Source: Psilocybe cubensis (lineage: Eukaryota). From it: a stretch of DNA of 64,000 nucleotides. Below the pieces are notes generated by a model. The model searched no databases. It had not been told where the DNA came from and saw nothing but the letters and a program-made list of their open reading frames with translations. Shown here in pieces: positions 62,848-64,000 of this stretch; position 1 is the stretch's first letter, and each line of letters begins with the position of its first letter. The position numbers were made by a program, and so were the translations under genes. The DNA lies in NCBI GenBank assembly GCA_017499595.2, contig CM039006.1, positions 2,294,001 through 2,358,000 on the forward strand. The letters are read 5' to 3'.

Positions 62848-64000
62848 ATAGCGTGCTAAGGAGAAGTTGTAGATCAAAACCTGGTGCTTAAGAAAGAGAG
62901 ACAGAAGACGAAAAACGTACTCTCGCGAAATGATGACCTTCTGTATATGTCATGGTTTGCCCTAAAACGTTGATGCAACCGATGGAATGGAGAGGACACA
63001 GCAAAGGACGGGCGTTGCAACTCTGTGTGAGGAGTGAGTACTGTGCGCAGCCGTCTTCGTTCAGCCACGTACATTAATGTTGCCCCAGTTTCCCGCTCGA
63101 GCCTACACGTCTCCACGACTGAAGTACATGCGTTCGTGTCGGGCGACGATGGACCCCTCGCTGGCCATCCAGGTTCGACGACTTGCTAGCCAAAGTTTGG
63201 ATGTGGCAAATCAGTGGAAGCGTCAAGGTAAGTGAACCTGCTACTTACTTGATTGGTATTTTATCGTGCACTCTCAGCGATGCTCGTTCTGCACAGAGAG
63301 AAGGATGCGAATGTCATCCACCTGCGCAATGTGCATGGAGGATATGGGAATCAGGGTCTGTCAGGTATATCAGCGAATGCCATGGGACATGCGACGTAAA
63401 CAGACTTACCCAGTCATACGTCTGCGTATACGCGCTCTACACATCATGCAATGCAATTCTGATAACCTATTCCCATCCAGAGGGCCCTATCCGTGCGAAA
63501 GGGGTTGTGGAGTTGAGTTGGAAGGAACACCGGTATCCGAACGATGACAAGTCCGGGATCTTGTTTGCTTAATAGCGCATAGTGCGGATCGTTGGTGTTC
63601 GGGATAGGAGATGGGCTATACTATGTAAGTTACTACAGAAAATTAGGTAGACAGAACGAAACATACCTGTGTAGAACAAGAGGAAGGAAATGGTGAAACG
63701 AACGACTTGAGTGAGAATCGTGTGCGTCTAATCGCATGGTTAGCAAACGGCGGGTACACTGGAGTTGCGACTTACCAGACATGCTTCGAAACTTTTGCGA
63801 TGTCTTGTTCGCTGACCTGTATCTGCGCTGAATGACTGACCCAATATACAACACTGTGCAGAAAATTGTGTTACTTACGGCGAGCGTAGAGATCTCATAC
63901 GTGCTTAACATCTGTGTTGGCACTTCGATTACACCTCACGCACAATATCATTCGGTCCCCATTTCGCTCCCTGTAGTAGTATTTGTATTATTTACATGGT
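62848..64000 (+). repeat. Non-coding repeat module, copy 4; near-identical inverted repeat of 54636-55788, runs off the window
   Basis: Coordinates pair without indels (sum 118636). Identical spurious ORFs on opposite strands; one substitution noticed (YPCK vs YPCE). Confidence 0.95.

Larger units (their letters stand above)
30918..64000. mobile_element. Putative giant CACTA/En-Spm (CMC) transposon with cargo genes; right end beyond the window
   Basis: CACTG terminus, dense subterminal repeats, abrupt shift to higher GC/CpG, internal En/Spm transposase, and a shared repeat module linking 35, 38, 54 and 63 kb. Confidence 0.65.

Noticed and set aside
30918..64000. Starship, Polinton or endogenous virus
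   Set aside because: No tyrosine recombinase, protein-primed polymerase, capsid or packaging ATPase recognised; the only mobility gene seen is an En/Spm DDE transposase.
54636..64000. LTR pair of a retroelement
   Set aside because: The repeats are inverted, not direct, and there is no RT or integrase between them.

Overview
Eukaryotic, almost certainly basidiomycete (Agaricomycete-type) genomic DNA: short ~50-60 bp GT-AG introns and fungal TE families. It has two very different halves. (1) 1-30.9 kb is an AT-rich, CpG-depleted transposon graveyard. A decayed Ty3/Gypsy chromovirus-like element (minus strand) carries two insertions: a complete Ty1/Copia element (5777-12192, 242-bp LTRs, ATGAC TSD, half-tRNA-iMet PBS) and a Tc1 DD34E transposon (12951-14555). 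Further along are a second Tc1 copy (23944-25548), a probable solo LTR, Helitron-like and hAT-like termini, and degenerate duplications, all showing C:G->T:A decay. (2) From a CACTG terminus at 30918 (followed by 17 TGTTTGA/TCAAACA subterminal motifs) to the window end is a more GC- and CpG-rich region. I read it as one giant (>33 kb, right end not in window) CACTA/En-Spm-type element. It carries a multi-exon En/Spm transposase, an Spt5-like elongation-factor paralogue (NGN, KOWs, TPAW CTR repeats), a WD40 protein, a RING-HC protein, a long repeat-expanded coiled-coil protein, several small genes and intron-retaining captured importin-beta fragments. The gene cassettes are bracketed by alternately oriented copies of a non-coding module containing an 83-bp hairpin whose loop occurs in both flip and flop orientation. 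All calls are by-eye motif recognition; no database searches were run.
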